Virus record (IMG/VR): IMGVR_UViG_2687453592_000007
DNA length: 64,000 nt
Strand: one strand, 5' to 3'
Source: an uncultured virus (IMG/VR IMGVR_UViG_2687453592_000007)
Taxonomy: Duplodnaviria; Heunggongvirae; Uroviricota; Caudoviricetes
The position numbers and the translations under genes are program-made. Shown in pieces: positions 45,628 through 54,352 of the stretch. The notes below the pieces were generated by a model. It made no database searches. It had not been told where the DNA came from and was given only the letters and a program-made list of their open reading frames with translations. Positions within the stretch are counted from its first letter, which is position 1, and every line of letters begins with the position of its first letter.

Positions 45628-46151
45628 TGGACGCGAGCGGAGATCGGATGCTGGGCCTGCTGGTGCGCTGCCGGTTCGATACCGGAGATCTGGCGATGTT
45701 CACCGGATATGGCGAGGTCGACTGGGAGGGCGTGACCTATCTGGGCGCGGGGCAGATGCTCTCGGTCGGCGAGGCGCAGGCGACCTCGGGCGACGGCATT
45801 CCGGGGCTGTCGATCACGCTTTCCGGGCTCGATCCGGAGGTGGTGGCGCTGGCCGAGCTCGAGGAGTTCCAGCGCCGCCGGGTGACGGTGTTCCTGGCGC
45901 TGTTCGACGAGACCGGCCAGATCGAGACGGCCGATGTGCTCTTCGACGGGGTCGCCGACACCATGGAGAGCGATGACGGCCCCGACACCGCCACCACCAC
46001 GCTGGCGCTCGAGCCGCGCAGCATGGCGCTGGGGCGCAAGTTCCCGTGCTACTACCTGCCCGAGGACCAGAAGAAGCGCTTTCCGGGCGATCAGGGCTTC
46101 GACCTGGTCCAGGCGATCCAGAACCGCGAAGATACCTGGGGGCGGTCGTGA
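45627..46151 (+). CDS. Putative tail hub/gpL-position protein
   Basis: FTGYG.V.W.G.TYLGAG, DQK.RFPGD.GF..V motifs. Confidence 0.72.
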   Translation: MDASGDRMLGLLVRCRFDTGDLAMFTGYGEVDWEGVTYLGAGQMLSVGEAQATSGDGIPGLSITLSGLDPEVVALAELEEFQRRRVTVFLALFDETGQIETADVLFDGVADTMESDDGPDTATTTLALEPRSMALGRKFPCYYLPEDQKKRFPGDQGFDLVQAIQNREDTWGRS

Positions 46152-46555
46152 GGCGCGCGGGCTGGGAGCGGCGCCTGTCGGCGGCGGTGCGGGACTGGGA
46201 GGACCGGCCCTTTGCCTGGGGCACGGCCGATTGCCTGGGCTTCTGCCGGGCCGTCGCCCGGAGCATGACCTGGGAAGATCCGATACCGGGCCTGCCGGAT
46301 TACGGTTCGGAATACGGGGCCGCCAAGGTGCTGGTCTCGCTGGGCTTCGGCTCCATCGAGGCGCTGGTCGACGCGCATCTGGAGCGGCTGCCGGTCGCGG
46401 GCGCGCGGCGCGGCGACTGGGTGATGACCGCCTGCGAGGGCGCGATGCCGGGCGCCATGGGCGTGGTGACGGGGCGCTATGCGCAGCATATGGGCCGGAA
46501 CGGCCTGGTGCGCCGCCCGGTCCTGACCGCGGAGGCGGCATGGCGTATCGACTGA
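46148..46555 (+). CDS. NlpC/P60-like tail protein (DUF6950-like)
   Basis: WE.RL, PFAWGTADC, ARRGD, AWRID motifs; before J. Confidence 0.75.
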   Translation: MRRAGWERRLSAAVRDWEDRPFAWGTADCLGFCRAVARSMTWEDPIPGLPDYGSEYGAAKVLVSLGFGSIEALVDAHLERLPVAGARRGDWVMTACEGAMPGAMGVVTGRYAQHMGRNGLVRRPVLTAEAAWRID

Positions 46556-49167
46556 TCCTTCCCGCGCTGCTGATCCTGCTGGCCGGACCCGCGCAGGCCA
46601 TGCCGCCGGTGGTGGCGGCCCTTGGCGTTGCGGCGGGCGGCTGGATGGCCGGGCTGACCGCGACCGCCATCATGGGCCAGGCCGCGCTCGCGGCCGTGCT
46701 GACCGGCATCCAGATGGCGATGGCGAAGAAACCCAAGGCCAAGACCCGTGACGAGATCACGCTCAACCGGATCCAGCCGGTCACCACGGGCCGGATCCTC
46801 TATGGCGAACGCATGCTCGGGGGCTCGATTGTCGCCCGCGCCACCACCGAGGCCGGGGGCAAGCCGCATCGCCGCTATCACTCGATCATGCCGCTGGCCT
46901 GCCACGAGATCGACGGCGCGGTCGAGATCTGGCTGGGCGAGACGCTGGTCTGGACCGAGGCGCAATACCGCCGCGATGAAGCCGCGGGCACGGGCGATCC
47001 GTATCACTGGGGCCAGGTCGGAAGCGATTACCAGGGCCGCGTGCGCCTCCGCGTCCACAATGGCACCGAGGATCAGGCGGCCGAGGCCCGCTATGTCGCG
47101 GCCGCCCGCGAATGGACCGAGGCGCATCGGCTGCGCGGCGTGGCCTATGTCTATTTCGAGGCCGATTACGACCGCGATCTCTTCCCCAGCGGCGCGCCCC
47201 AGATCCGGGTCCGCGCCCGCGGCAAGCGGGTGCTCGATCCGCGCGACGGCCAGGTCAAATACAGCACCAACCCGGCGCTCTGCCTGCGCGATTACATGCT
47301 GACGCCGCAGCTCCGCGGCGGGCCGGGCTGGCGCCCCGGGGATCTCGACGAGGACACGATCCTGGCGCTGGCCAACCTGGCCGAGGAACAGGTGCCGCTG
47401 GCCTCGGGCAGGGCCGAGGACCGCTATGCCTTCAACGGCGTGCTCGAGACCGAGGCCACCGCGGCCGAGAACCTCAACGACCTGTCTTCCTCCTGGGGCG
47501 GCTGGTGGACCTGCGAGCGCGGCCGCCTGACCGTCGGGGGCGCGGCCTGGGAGGAGCCCGCCTTCACCGTCACCGAGGACATGCTGGTCGGCGGGATCCA
47601 GGTCACCGCCCGCAAGCCCTTCGAGGAGCAGTTCAACACCGTGAAGGCGCAATATGCCGATCCGGAGAACGAGCATGTCGTGACCGATCTGCCGGTGCTG
47701 GACAGCGCCACCTATATCGCGGCCGACAATGGCGAGCCGCTGGTGCTCGACATGGGCGAGCTGCCGGGCGAGACCGGCTTTGCCCGCGGCCAGCGGCTGA
47801 TGAAGCTGGCACTGCTGAAGGGCCGCCGCCAGAAGCAGGTCACGCTGCCCTGTTCGCTTGCCGCCTGGCCGGTGCGGCGGGGCGACAACATCCGGGTCTC
47901 GCTGCCGCGCCGGGGCTGGACGGCCAAGACCTTCGAGGTCACCGGCCGCACCGTCCATATCGGCAAGGACGGGGTCCGCGTCACGCTGAGCTGCATCGAG
48001 ACCGGCCCCGCAATCTTCGACTGGCGGACCTCGGAGGAGACGCCCAAGCCCGCGGGCGGGATCCCGACGCTGCCCTCGCCGACCGCAAAACCGGTGGTGA
48101 GCGCGCCGACCATGACCGAGGCGCTTTACGAGACCCGCGGCGGCGGCGGGGTCAAGACCCGGGTCCGGCTGGCGGCCACCACCGACAATCCCTTCATTGA
48201 CGCCTGGCAGTTCGCCTGGCGCCCGGTCTCGGCCCCCGAGCCCACGCTGCGCGGGCTCACCGATACGCCCGAGGACATGATCGACGACGTGGCGCCCGGC
48301 CCCTATGCCTTCGGCGTGCGCGGCCGCAATGCGCGCGGCATCTGGTCGGACTGGGCCTGGGCAGGCGCCACTGCCGTGCAGGGCGAGAACGCCCCGCCGG
48401 GCGCCATCACCGGGCTTTCGGTGCAGGCCTCGGGCGGCGCGGTCGCGATGCTGCGCTGGGACCGGCATCCCTCGCTCGACGTGCGCCAGGGCGGCCGGAT
48501 CGAGTTCCGCCACGCGACCGCGCAGGCGGGTGCCAGCTGGCAGAGCTCGACCGGCATCGGCAAATCGGTCTCGGGCGGGGTCACCGAGGCGACCCTGCCG
48601 CTCAAATCCGGCACCTATCTCGCGCGCCCCTATGACGCGATGGGCACGCCCGGCCCGGTCTCGGGGATCGCGGTCCGCGCCGCCTCGATCATCCCGACCA
48701 CGACCGTCGCCACCCTGGCCGAGGCCCCTGGCTTTGCCGGGACCGCCACCGGCTGCCACGCGGCGGGCGGCGTGCTGGCAATGGCGCCGGGCGAGACCCG
48801 CGCGCGCTACGCCTTCGCGGGCCGGGTCGATCTGGGCGCGGTCCAGCCGGTGCGGCTGATCTCGGATATCGAGCTCCTGATCTCGGAGGCCCGGGACCTG
48901 TTCTGGCAGCCCTCCGGCACGGCGATGTGGACGCCGCCCGATGCGCGGCTCTGGCTCGGATCGACGGATGCCTATGGCGATGTCGACCTGCAGGTCTCGC
49001 TCACCGACGACGACCCCGAAACCGCCCGCTGGGGGCCCTGGCAGAGCTTCGATGCCGCCGACTTCTCGGGCCGGGCCTTCCGCTTCCGCGCGGTCCTGAG
49101 CGTCGAGAGCCCCGATTACACCATCGGCATCACGGGCCTGACCGTGACCGCCCTCCAGGCCGCATGA
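46540..49167 (+). CDS. Central tail tip/host-specificity protein (J-like) (E2)
   Basis: Near-identical to 18963-21602 apart from the N-terminal leader. Confidence 0.9.
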   Translation: MAYRLILPALLILLAGPAQAMPPVVAALGVAAGGWMAGLTATAIMGQAALAAVLTGIQMAMAKKPKAKTRDEITLNRIQPVTTGRILYGERMLGGSIVARATTEAGGKPHRRYHSIMPLACHEIDGAVEIWLGETLVWTEAQYRRDEAAGTGDPYHWGQVGSDYQGRVRLRVHNGTEDQAAEARYVAAAREWTEAHRLRGVAYVYFEADYDRDLFPSGAPQIRVRARGKRVLDPRDGQVKYSTNPALCLRDYMLTPQLRGGPGWRPGDLDEDTILALANLAEEQVPLASGRAEDRYAFNGVLETEATAAENLNDLSSSWGGWWTCERGRLTVGGAAWEEPAFTVTEDMLVGGIQVTARKPFEEQFNTVKAQYADPENEHVVTDLPVLDSATYIAADNGEPLVLDMGELPGETGFARGQRLMKLALLKGRRQKQVTLPCSLAAWPVRRGDNIRVSLPRRGWTAKTFEVTGRTVHIGKDGVRVTLSCIETGPAIFDWRTSEETPKPAGGIPTLPSPTAKPVVSAPTMTEALYETRGGGGVKTRVRLAATTDNPFIDAWQFAWRPVSAPEPTLRGLTDTPEDMIDDVAPGPYAFGVRGRNARGIWSDWAWAGATAVQGENAPPGAITGLSVQASGGAVAMLRWDRHPSLDVRQGGRIEFRHATAQAGASWQSSTGIGKSVSGGVTEATLPLKSGTYLARPYDAMGTPGPVSGIAVRAASIIPTTTVATLAEAPGFAGTATGCHAAGGVLAMAPGETRARYAFAGRVDLGAVQPVRLISDIELLISEARDLFWQPSGTAMWTPPDARLWLGSTDAYGDVDLQVSLTDDDPETARWGPWQSFDAADFSGRAFRFRAVLSVESPDYTIGITGLTVTALQAA

Positions 49168-49174
49168 GGATGAC

Positions 49175-50011
49175 ATGACCCAAGCCACCTATCTGCTCGA
49201 CACCGGCCATACCAAGGCCCAGGCCTTCGCCATGCTGCAGGGCGTGCTTTCCGCGATCCAGAGCGGAAATGCAGGCGCCACCCCGCCCGCCGAGACGGCG
49301 GCCGGCATGATCTGGGTCGATACCGACGCCCGCGCCCTGAAGATGCGCAATGTCCCGAACAATGGCTGGATCACGCTGGGCAGCTTCGCCTCCGGCACGT
49401 TCGTTCCGGCCGGGGTGAACCAGCTGACCGAGGCGCAGGCGAAGGATGCGTTTTCCGACATCTACGGCGCTGTCACGGGCCAGATCCTGGCCGCCGCCAT
49501 CGATGCGCGGGTGAGAGCCACGGGGGCCCCCGTCAACGAGGCCGTCTGGCACCCCTATGACATGGTTCGCGTCGGCGATGGCGCAGACGGGCTGTTCTGG
49601 GACCATTCCTTGACGGGGAACCAGCGGTACGTTCAAACCCCCGACTTTGAAGACGGGTACGAGTACATGCTCAGGATCATGGGCATGGAGTGGCATGGGT
49701 ACGGCAATAAGCGCCCAACAATCAAAGGCTTCATCGAGCAGACGGGGCGTTATGCTTCTGCGATGGCTATGGCTGGCGACGTCGAGCCCTCAACCGGCTT
49801 TCATGTGATGATTCGCTTGCTCTTCCCGAGAGTGCCGAGCCCGTTCTTCGGCATCGAAGGTAAGATCCCCTCAGGGCAAATAAGGACATCGACGCTTGGA
49901 GGGAACGACCGGACGGTATCCAGGGCTGAGATCTCCTGGGCCGACGGGGACACCGACATCAGGGCTGGCAAGATGTACCTGTATCGCCGCCGTGAGTACA
50001 TTTCGGGCTGA
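49175..50011 (+). CDS. Putative tail fibre/receptor-binding protein (E2)
   Basis: Shared N-terminus with 21610-22455; lower-GC divergent C-terminus. Confidence 0.7.
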   Translation: MTQATYLLDTGHTKAQAFAMLQGVLSAIQSGNAGATPPAETAAGMIWVDTDARALKMRNVPNNGWITLGSFASGTFVPAGVNQLTEAQAKDAFSDIYGAVTGQILAAAIDARVRATGAPVNEAVWHPYDMVRVGDGADGLFWDHSLTGNQRYVQTPDFEDGYEYMLRIMGMEWHGYGNKRPTIKGFIEQTGRYASAMAMAGDVEPSTGFHVMIRLLFPRVPSPFFGIEGKIPSGQIRTSTLGGNDRTVSRAEISWADGDTDIRAGKMYLYRRREYISG

Positions 50012-50036
50012 GCGCCTCCCCCCCCCCACGTCCCGA

Positions 50037-50060
50037 TCCCCCCGCTTCGGCGGGGTTTTC
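50037..50060 (+). terminator. Intrinsic-terminator-like hairpin
   Basis: CCCCGC-TTCG-GCGGGG followed by TTTT. Confidence 0.55.
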
Positions 50061-50172
50061 CATGCCCGGAGATTGGCTGTGACCATGATCGGCATCGCCC
50101 TCAGCCCCTGCGCAGCCCGGTCCCGCCGGGCGCCCGCGGCCGACATCTGACCCGCCCAGGAAGGAGCCCGCC

Positions 50173-50460
50173 ATGCAGGAATTGACCACGCAGATCCGGG
50201 ACTGGTGGGCGGTGATGCTCTCGCTGCTCGGGCTGGCCGTCTGGTCGGTGCGGCTCGAGGCGCGCGCCCGCACCAATACCGCCGCGCTCGACCGCGAGAC
50301 CGCCCGGCTGGCCGAGGAGATCCGCGCCCTCGAGGCCCGCTGGCAGCGGCAGCGCGCCGAGGATCTCGCCGCCCGCCAGCGCGACCGCGAGGAGACCAAC
50401 GCGCTGCTCCGCGAGCTTCGCGCCGACATCAAGACCGTCCTGCAGCGCGTCCCGCGCTGA
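50173..50460 (+). CDS. Lysis-region membrane protein (E2)
   Basis: Same protein as 22526-22813. Confidence 0.65.
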   Translation: MQELTTQIRDWWAVMLSLLGLAVWSVRLEARARTNTAALDRETARLAEEIRALEARWQRQRAEDLAARQRDREETNALLRELRADIKTVLQRVPR

Positions 50461-50599
50461 TCGCCCCTCATCCCCGAAAGGACCCCCCATGCACCTCGTG
50501 CCCGACTGGCGCGGCGGCAAATTGCCTCCGCGCCGCCGACCTGCCGCTCGTGGTCGCTATCTGAAACGTACTGAGCACCTGGCCCTGATAGCCGAATGA

Positions 50600-50929
50600 T
50601 CAGGAGGGGTTGAAGGGTGCGGCCTGTTGACGGGCCACTGCCTCTACCGTGTCGGGGTTGTTATCGATGACGGACAATAGCAGGCGCGCCGCCGGATCGG
50701 GCCTGCGCCGCCCCTGCTCCCAGTTGTTGATCGTGGCCGCGGGGATACCGAAGCGCTTTTCGAATGCAGCGGCAGATCGGGCCACCTTCTTGCGGATTTC
50801 CCTGATCCGAGACGGTGGCATGGGATCGACATTGCGGGCTTCGAGGCTAATCTCGCCACGTTTCCAGGCGCGGGCCTCCTCAAGTCCTTCCTTGAGGGCT
50901 TCGCCGAGATCAAAAGTCTCATCAGTCAT
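50600..50929 (-). CDS. higA: HigA-like HTH antitoxin
   Basis: IREIRKK..F..RFGIP..TINNWEQGRRRPD.AAR.LL.VI. Confidence 0.88.
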   Translation of the reverse strand: MTDETFDLGEALKEGLEEARAWKRGEISLEARNVDPMPPSRIREIRKKVARSAAAFEKRFGIPAATINNWEQGRRRPDPAARLLLSVIDNNPDTVEAVARQQAAPFNPS

Positions 50930-51245
50930 CGTGGAGATCCTCCAGCATCTTGAGAATGGCCTTGCGCTGCGTGGTCGTGAGGTCGCTCTGTTCTTTCTTC
51001 ATGTAGGCAGTAATCATGATCGCCACATCATCGTTCACCATCAGGAAATAGATCGCGCGTCCGCCTCCACTCTTCCCCTTGTTGCGCAGGCCGAAACGGA
51101 TCTTGCGCACACCACGCAACCCCTGGATGACGTCACCAGCTTCAGGGTTCGTCGCGATCATCTGCTCGACAGCCTCGGCCTCCGCTTCCGTTGCCCGAAT
51201 GCGCTTGAGGTCTTTCAGGTAGCGTTTGGTGCGAACAATCTTCAT
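50922..51245 (-). CDS. higB: RelE/HigB-family toxin
   Basis: NPEAGDVIQG..GVRKIRF...KGKSGGGRAIY, AY.K.EQSDLT; toxin-before-antitoxin order. Confidence 0.9.
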   Translation of the reverse strand: MKIVRTKRYLKDLKRIRATEAEAEAVEQMIATNPEAGDVIQGLRGVRKIRFGLRNKGKSGGGRAIYFLMVNDDVAIMITAYMKKEQSDLTTTQRKAILKMLEDLHDD

Positions 51246-51256
51246 GCCCAGATAAA

Positions 51257-51305
51257 TACGCCATTGGCGTAATTTCGGCAACCCGAAAATTGCGCCAATG
51301 GCGTA
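51257..51305. promoter_or_regulatory. Twin palindromic operators of the TA promoter
   Basis: TACGCCATTGGCGTA (perfect) and TGCGCCAATGGCGTA immediately upstream of higB. Confidence 0.7.
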
Positions 51306-51329
51306 TAATTTCAACCGCAGGAGACCAAA

Positions 51330-51542
51330 ATGCACCTCGTGCCCCACTGGCGCGCGCTGATCCGGCGCGCCTGGTCGATCCGTCTCATCCTGCTCGCGGG
51401 CCTGCTGTCAGGGCTCGAGGCCGGGCTCTCGCTGGCCTCGCCCGATCTGCTGGGGATCCCGCGCGGGCTCTTCGCCGGGCTCTCGGCGCTGGTCACCGCG
51501 GCCGCCTTCGCTGCCCGGTTGATCGCCCAGAGGATGGAGTAA
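51330..51542 (+). CDS. Putative holin (E2)
   Basis: Near-identical to 22839-23051. Confidence 0.7.
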   Translation: MHLVPHWRALIRRAWSIRLILLAGLLSGLEAGLSLASPDLLGIPRGLFAGLSALVTAAAFAARLIAQRME

Positions 51543-51546
51543 GCCG

Positions 51547-52056
51547 ATGCGCAGTATCCTGAAGCGCGGCGCCGCCGCCACCGCCCTCGCGCTCAGCTTC
51601 ATCGGCGGCAATGAGGGCCTGAAGACAGAGGCCTATCTCGACATCGTCGGCGTGCCGACCGTCTGCTTCGGCGAAACCCGCGATGTGGAGATCGGCGACA
51701 GCTACACGCCCGCGGAGTGCCGGGCGATGTTCGCAGGGCGGCTCGCGGAGTTCGAGGCCGGGCTCGACCGGCTGATCGCGGATCCCCTCGAGGCCCGGAT
51801 CCCCGACCGCACCTATGTCGCGATCCTCGACTGGGCCTATAATGTGGGCCTCGGCGCGGCCGCGCGCTCGACGCTGATCCGCAAGCTCAACGCGGGCGAT
51901 CTGCGCGGCGCCTGCAATGAGCTTCCGCGCTGGCGCTTTGCGGGCGGCAAGGGCATTCGCGGCCTCCTGATCCGCCGCAACAAGGCCCGCCAGCTCTGCC
52001 ATGAGGGGCTCGACGGGATCCCGGCCGAGGTGCCGTTCCGCTGGGGCGGCGCATGA
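51547..52056 (+). CDS. Endolysin, GH24 lysozyme (E2)
   Basis: Homolog of 23056-23565. Confidence 0.93.
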   Translation: MRSILKRGAAATALALSFIGGNEGLKTEAYLDIVGVPTVCFGETRDVEIGDSYTPAECRAMFAGRLAEFEAGLDRLIADPLEARIPDRTYVAILDWAYNVGLGAAARSTLIRKLNAGDLRGACNELPRWRFAGGKGIRGLLIRRNKARQLCHEGLDGIPAEVPFRWGGA

Positions 52057-52394
52057 GGGTGCTCCTCGCGGCGCTGCTGCTGGCCGGATGCGGTGGGCTG
52101 CCGGTGCCGCTCGGCCCCAACGTCGCCGCGAATGTCCAGGCCGGGGCCGAAAACGTGCAGGGCCAGAAGGTCGAGAACGCGCCCAGCATCGTCCGGCCCC
52201 GCGCCCGCGAGATCCGCCAGGAGCAATCCGAGAACCGCCTCCGCGCCGACCGCGTCGACACCGTCATCGTCAATGTCATTCCGCCCTGGATCGTGCTGGT
52301 CGCGCTGATCGGATGGATCGCCCCCTCGCCGGGCGAGATCGGGCGGCGGATCGGGCGGCGGATCGGCGAAGCGGTCACGCGCCGCCGGGCCTGA
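52053..52394 (+). CDS. Putative unimolecular spanin (E2)
   Basis: Lipobox and C-terminal TM as 23562-23891. Confidence 0.65.
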   Translation: MRVLLAALLLAGCGGLPVPLGPNVAANVQAGAENVQGQKVENAPSIVRPRAREIRQEQSENRLRADRVDTVIVNVIPPWIVLVALIGWIAPSPGEIGRRIGRRIGEAVTRRRA

Positions 52395-52544
52395 GAGTTC
52401 CCCCCGCTTTCGGGCGGGGGCAAGGCGGTGTTGCAGCACCGCCTCACCACGCAGCCTGCGTCAACAGAAACTGCGCCGACACCCGAGAGGGAATCTGTCG
52501 CCCGGCTCTCGCGAGAGCGGGCGGACCTAGAACAGGTTCCTGAC

Positions 52545-53360
52545 ATGAACGAAATGCGAAAAACCGTCCCCGCAACCCCCGTCGCCCCCTGGATGGGCGG
52601 CAAGAAGGCCCTGCACCGGCGGATCATCGAGCGGATCGAGGCGATCCCGCACCGCACCTATGTCGAGCCCTTCCTCGGCATGGGCGGGGTCTTCCTGCGC
52701 CGAAGCTGGCGCCCGCGTCTGGAGGTGGCGAACGATCTGAACGGCGAGATCACCAATCTCTTCCGCGTGCTGCAGCGCCATTATCCGCAGCTGATGGAGG
52801 TGATGCGGTTCCAGATCACCTCGCGCCGCGAATTCGAGCGGCTCCGCGCCTGCGATCCGGCCACGCTGACCGATCTGGAACGCGCCGCGCGCTTCCTCTA
52901 CCTGCAGCGGCTGGCCTTCGGCGGGCAGCTCGGCGGGGTTTTCGCCGTGCAGCCTGGCTGCGGGCCACGCTTCAGCCTGGCCCGGATCGGCCCGCTGTTG
53001 GACGCCGCCCATGCCCGGCTCGACGGCGTGGTCTTCGAGAACCTGCCCTGGCAGGAGGTGCTGGCGCGCTATGACGGCCCGCAGGCGCTGTTCTATCTCG
53101 ATCCGCCCTATTGGGGCGGCGAGGACGATTACGGCAAGGGGCTCTTCGACCGCGACCAGTTCGCCGAGCTGGCCGAGCGCCTGGCCAGGATCGAGGGCGC
53201 CTTCGTGCTGTCGATCAACGACCGGCCCGAGATCCGCGATCTGTTCGGTGCCTTCCTGATCGAGGAGGTGCGGCTGACTTACTCGGTCTCGAAGAGCGGC
53301 GCGACCGCCGCGCGGGAGTTGATCATCGCCAATCGCGAGGTCAGGGTGGGGCTCGTATGA
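52545..53360 (+). CDS. Dam-family N6-adenine DNA methyltransferase (E2 late)
   Basis: Homolog of 24252-25067, DPPY intact. Confidence 0.92.
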   Translation: MNEMRKTVPATPVAPWMGGKKALHRRIIERIEAIPHRTYVEPFLGMGGVFLRRSWRPRLEVANDLNGEITNLFRVLQRHYPQLMEVMRFQITSRREFERLRACDPATLTDLERAARFLYLQRLAFGGQLGGVFAVQPGCGPRFSLARIGPLLDAAHARLDGVVFENLPWQEVLARYDGPQALFYLDPPYWGGEDDYGKGLFDRDQFAELAERLARIEGAFVLSINDRPEIRDLFGAFLIEEVRLTYSVSKSGATAARELIIANREVRVGLV

Positions 53361-53422
53361 GTTCCCCCGGCCCGGTCGACGTTTAACCGGATCTTGGGGG
53401 CGCCCGGTAAAAGGTCTGCCCC

Positions 53423-53998
53423 ATGCGCCGTCTCCTGTCCCTGCTTCTGCTGAGCCTGACGCTCCTGACCTGCGCGCCGGTCGCGCAGGCGCCGCAGAGC
53501 GTTGCACCGGCCGTGCCCTATGAGCGCGCGGCCTTCGGCTCGGGCTGGACCGATCCCGACGGCGACTGTCTCGACACCCGGGCCGAGCTGCTGGCGGCTC
53601 TCTCCACCGTGCCGGTGCGGCTCGCGCCCTCGGGCTGCTCGGTGCGCCACGGCCGCTGGTTTGCGCCCTATACCGGGCAGGTGGTCACCGAGGCGGGCGA
53701 TCTCGACATCGATCACATCGTGCCGCTGCGCTATGCGTGGGGCCATGGTGCCGCCAGTTGGTCGGCCCAGAAGCGCGCCCGCTTCGCCCGCGATCCCGTC
53801 AACCTGCTGCCCGTCAGCGCCTCGGCGAACCGCTCGAAAGGCGCGCGCGGGCCGCTGGACTGGTTGCCGCCCGATCCGGGGTTCCGCTGTCAGTATGTGC
53901 TGCGGTTCAGGCGGATCGCCGCGAGCTACGGCCTGGTGCAGTCCGCCGCCGAGGAGCGGGAACTGGTCGCGCTGACCGGGCGGCTGTGTGGGACGTAA
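53423..53998 (+). CDS. Secreted HNH nuclease (DUF1524-like) (E2)
   Basis: Homolog of 25130-25705. Confidence 0.85.
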   Translation: MRRLLSLLLLSLTLLTCAPVAQAPQSVAPAVPYERAAFGSGWTDPDGDCLDTRAELLAALSTVPVRLAPSGCSVRHGRWFAPYTGQVVTEAGDLDIDHIVPLRYAWGHGAASWSAQKRARFARDPVNLLPVSASANRSKGARGPLDWLPPDPGFRCQYVLRFRRIAASYGLVQSAAEERELVALTGRLCGT

Positions 53999-54177
53999 GG
54001 GCGGATTGTGTTGAAAAACTCCGGCCGCGGTTGAGAGGTCGCCTGAGTTTGGAACGCCGTTCTTCACAGGGGCAGCAAAGGTCCATTTACGAGGCAGGAT
54101 CGCAGAAAAGCGGAACCATGTCCCGTGAGCTTGTGCTCCGCGGCCCCGCAAGCGAGTTTTTCAAGAGTATGGGCGGA
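53994..54177 (+). repeat. MITE-like repeat, left copy; terminal IRs TGTTGAAAAACTC / GAGTTTTTCAAGA
   Basis: Reverse complement of 61503-61687 with few mismatches; non-coding; internal TIRs. Confidence 0.88.
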
Positions 54178-54352
54178 GAGCGGTCGTTCGTGGTATTCGC
54201 AAGCCGCCCCCTGAACTTCCCCAGAGCGGACCATGACCACCGCAATCGCCGGGTCGCAATGCCGGATGATGGCACCGCGCGTCGAGCGACTGCTCAAATC
54301 AAGAAAACTGAATTATACACCCAAGGGACTCGGGTCACGGCTTGATGAAAGC

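Noticed and set aside
10597..49188. Long antisense/alternative-frame ORFs (e.g. 10597-12324, 18909-21623, 42077-45049, 46477-49188)
   Set aside because: Shadow ORFs opposite well-supported phage genes, expected from high-GC codon bias; no recognisable domains.
42923..50011. E2 as a stand-alone tailocin
   Set aside because: No tail tube, terminator or chaperone genes in E2, so it cannot build a tail alone.
21610..50011. Diversity-generating retroelement or invertase shufflon acting on tail fibres
   Set aside because: No reverse transcriptase or invertase gene; the fibre differences are not adenine-restricted template/variable repeats.
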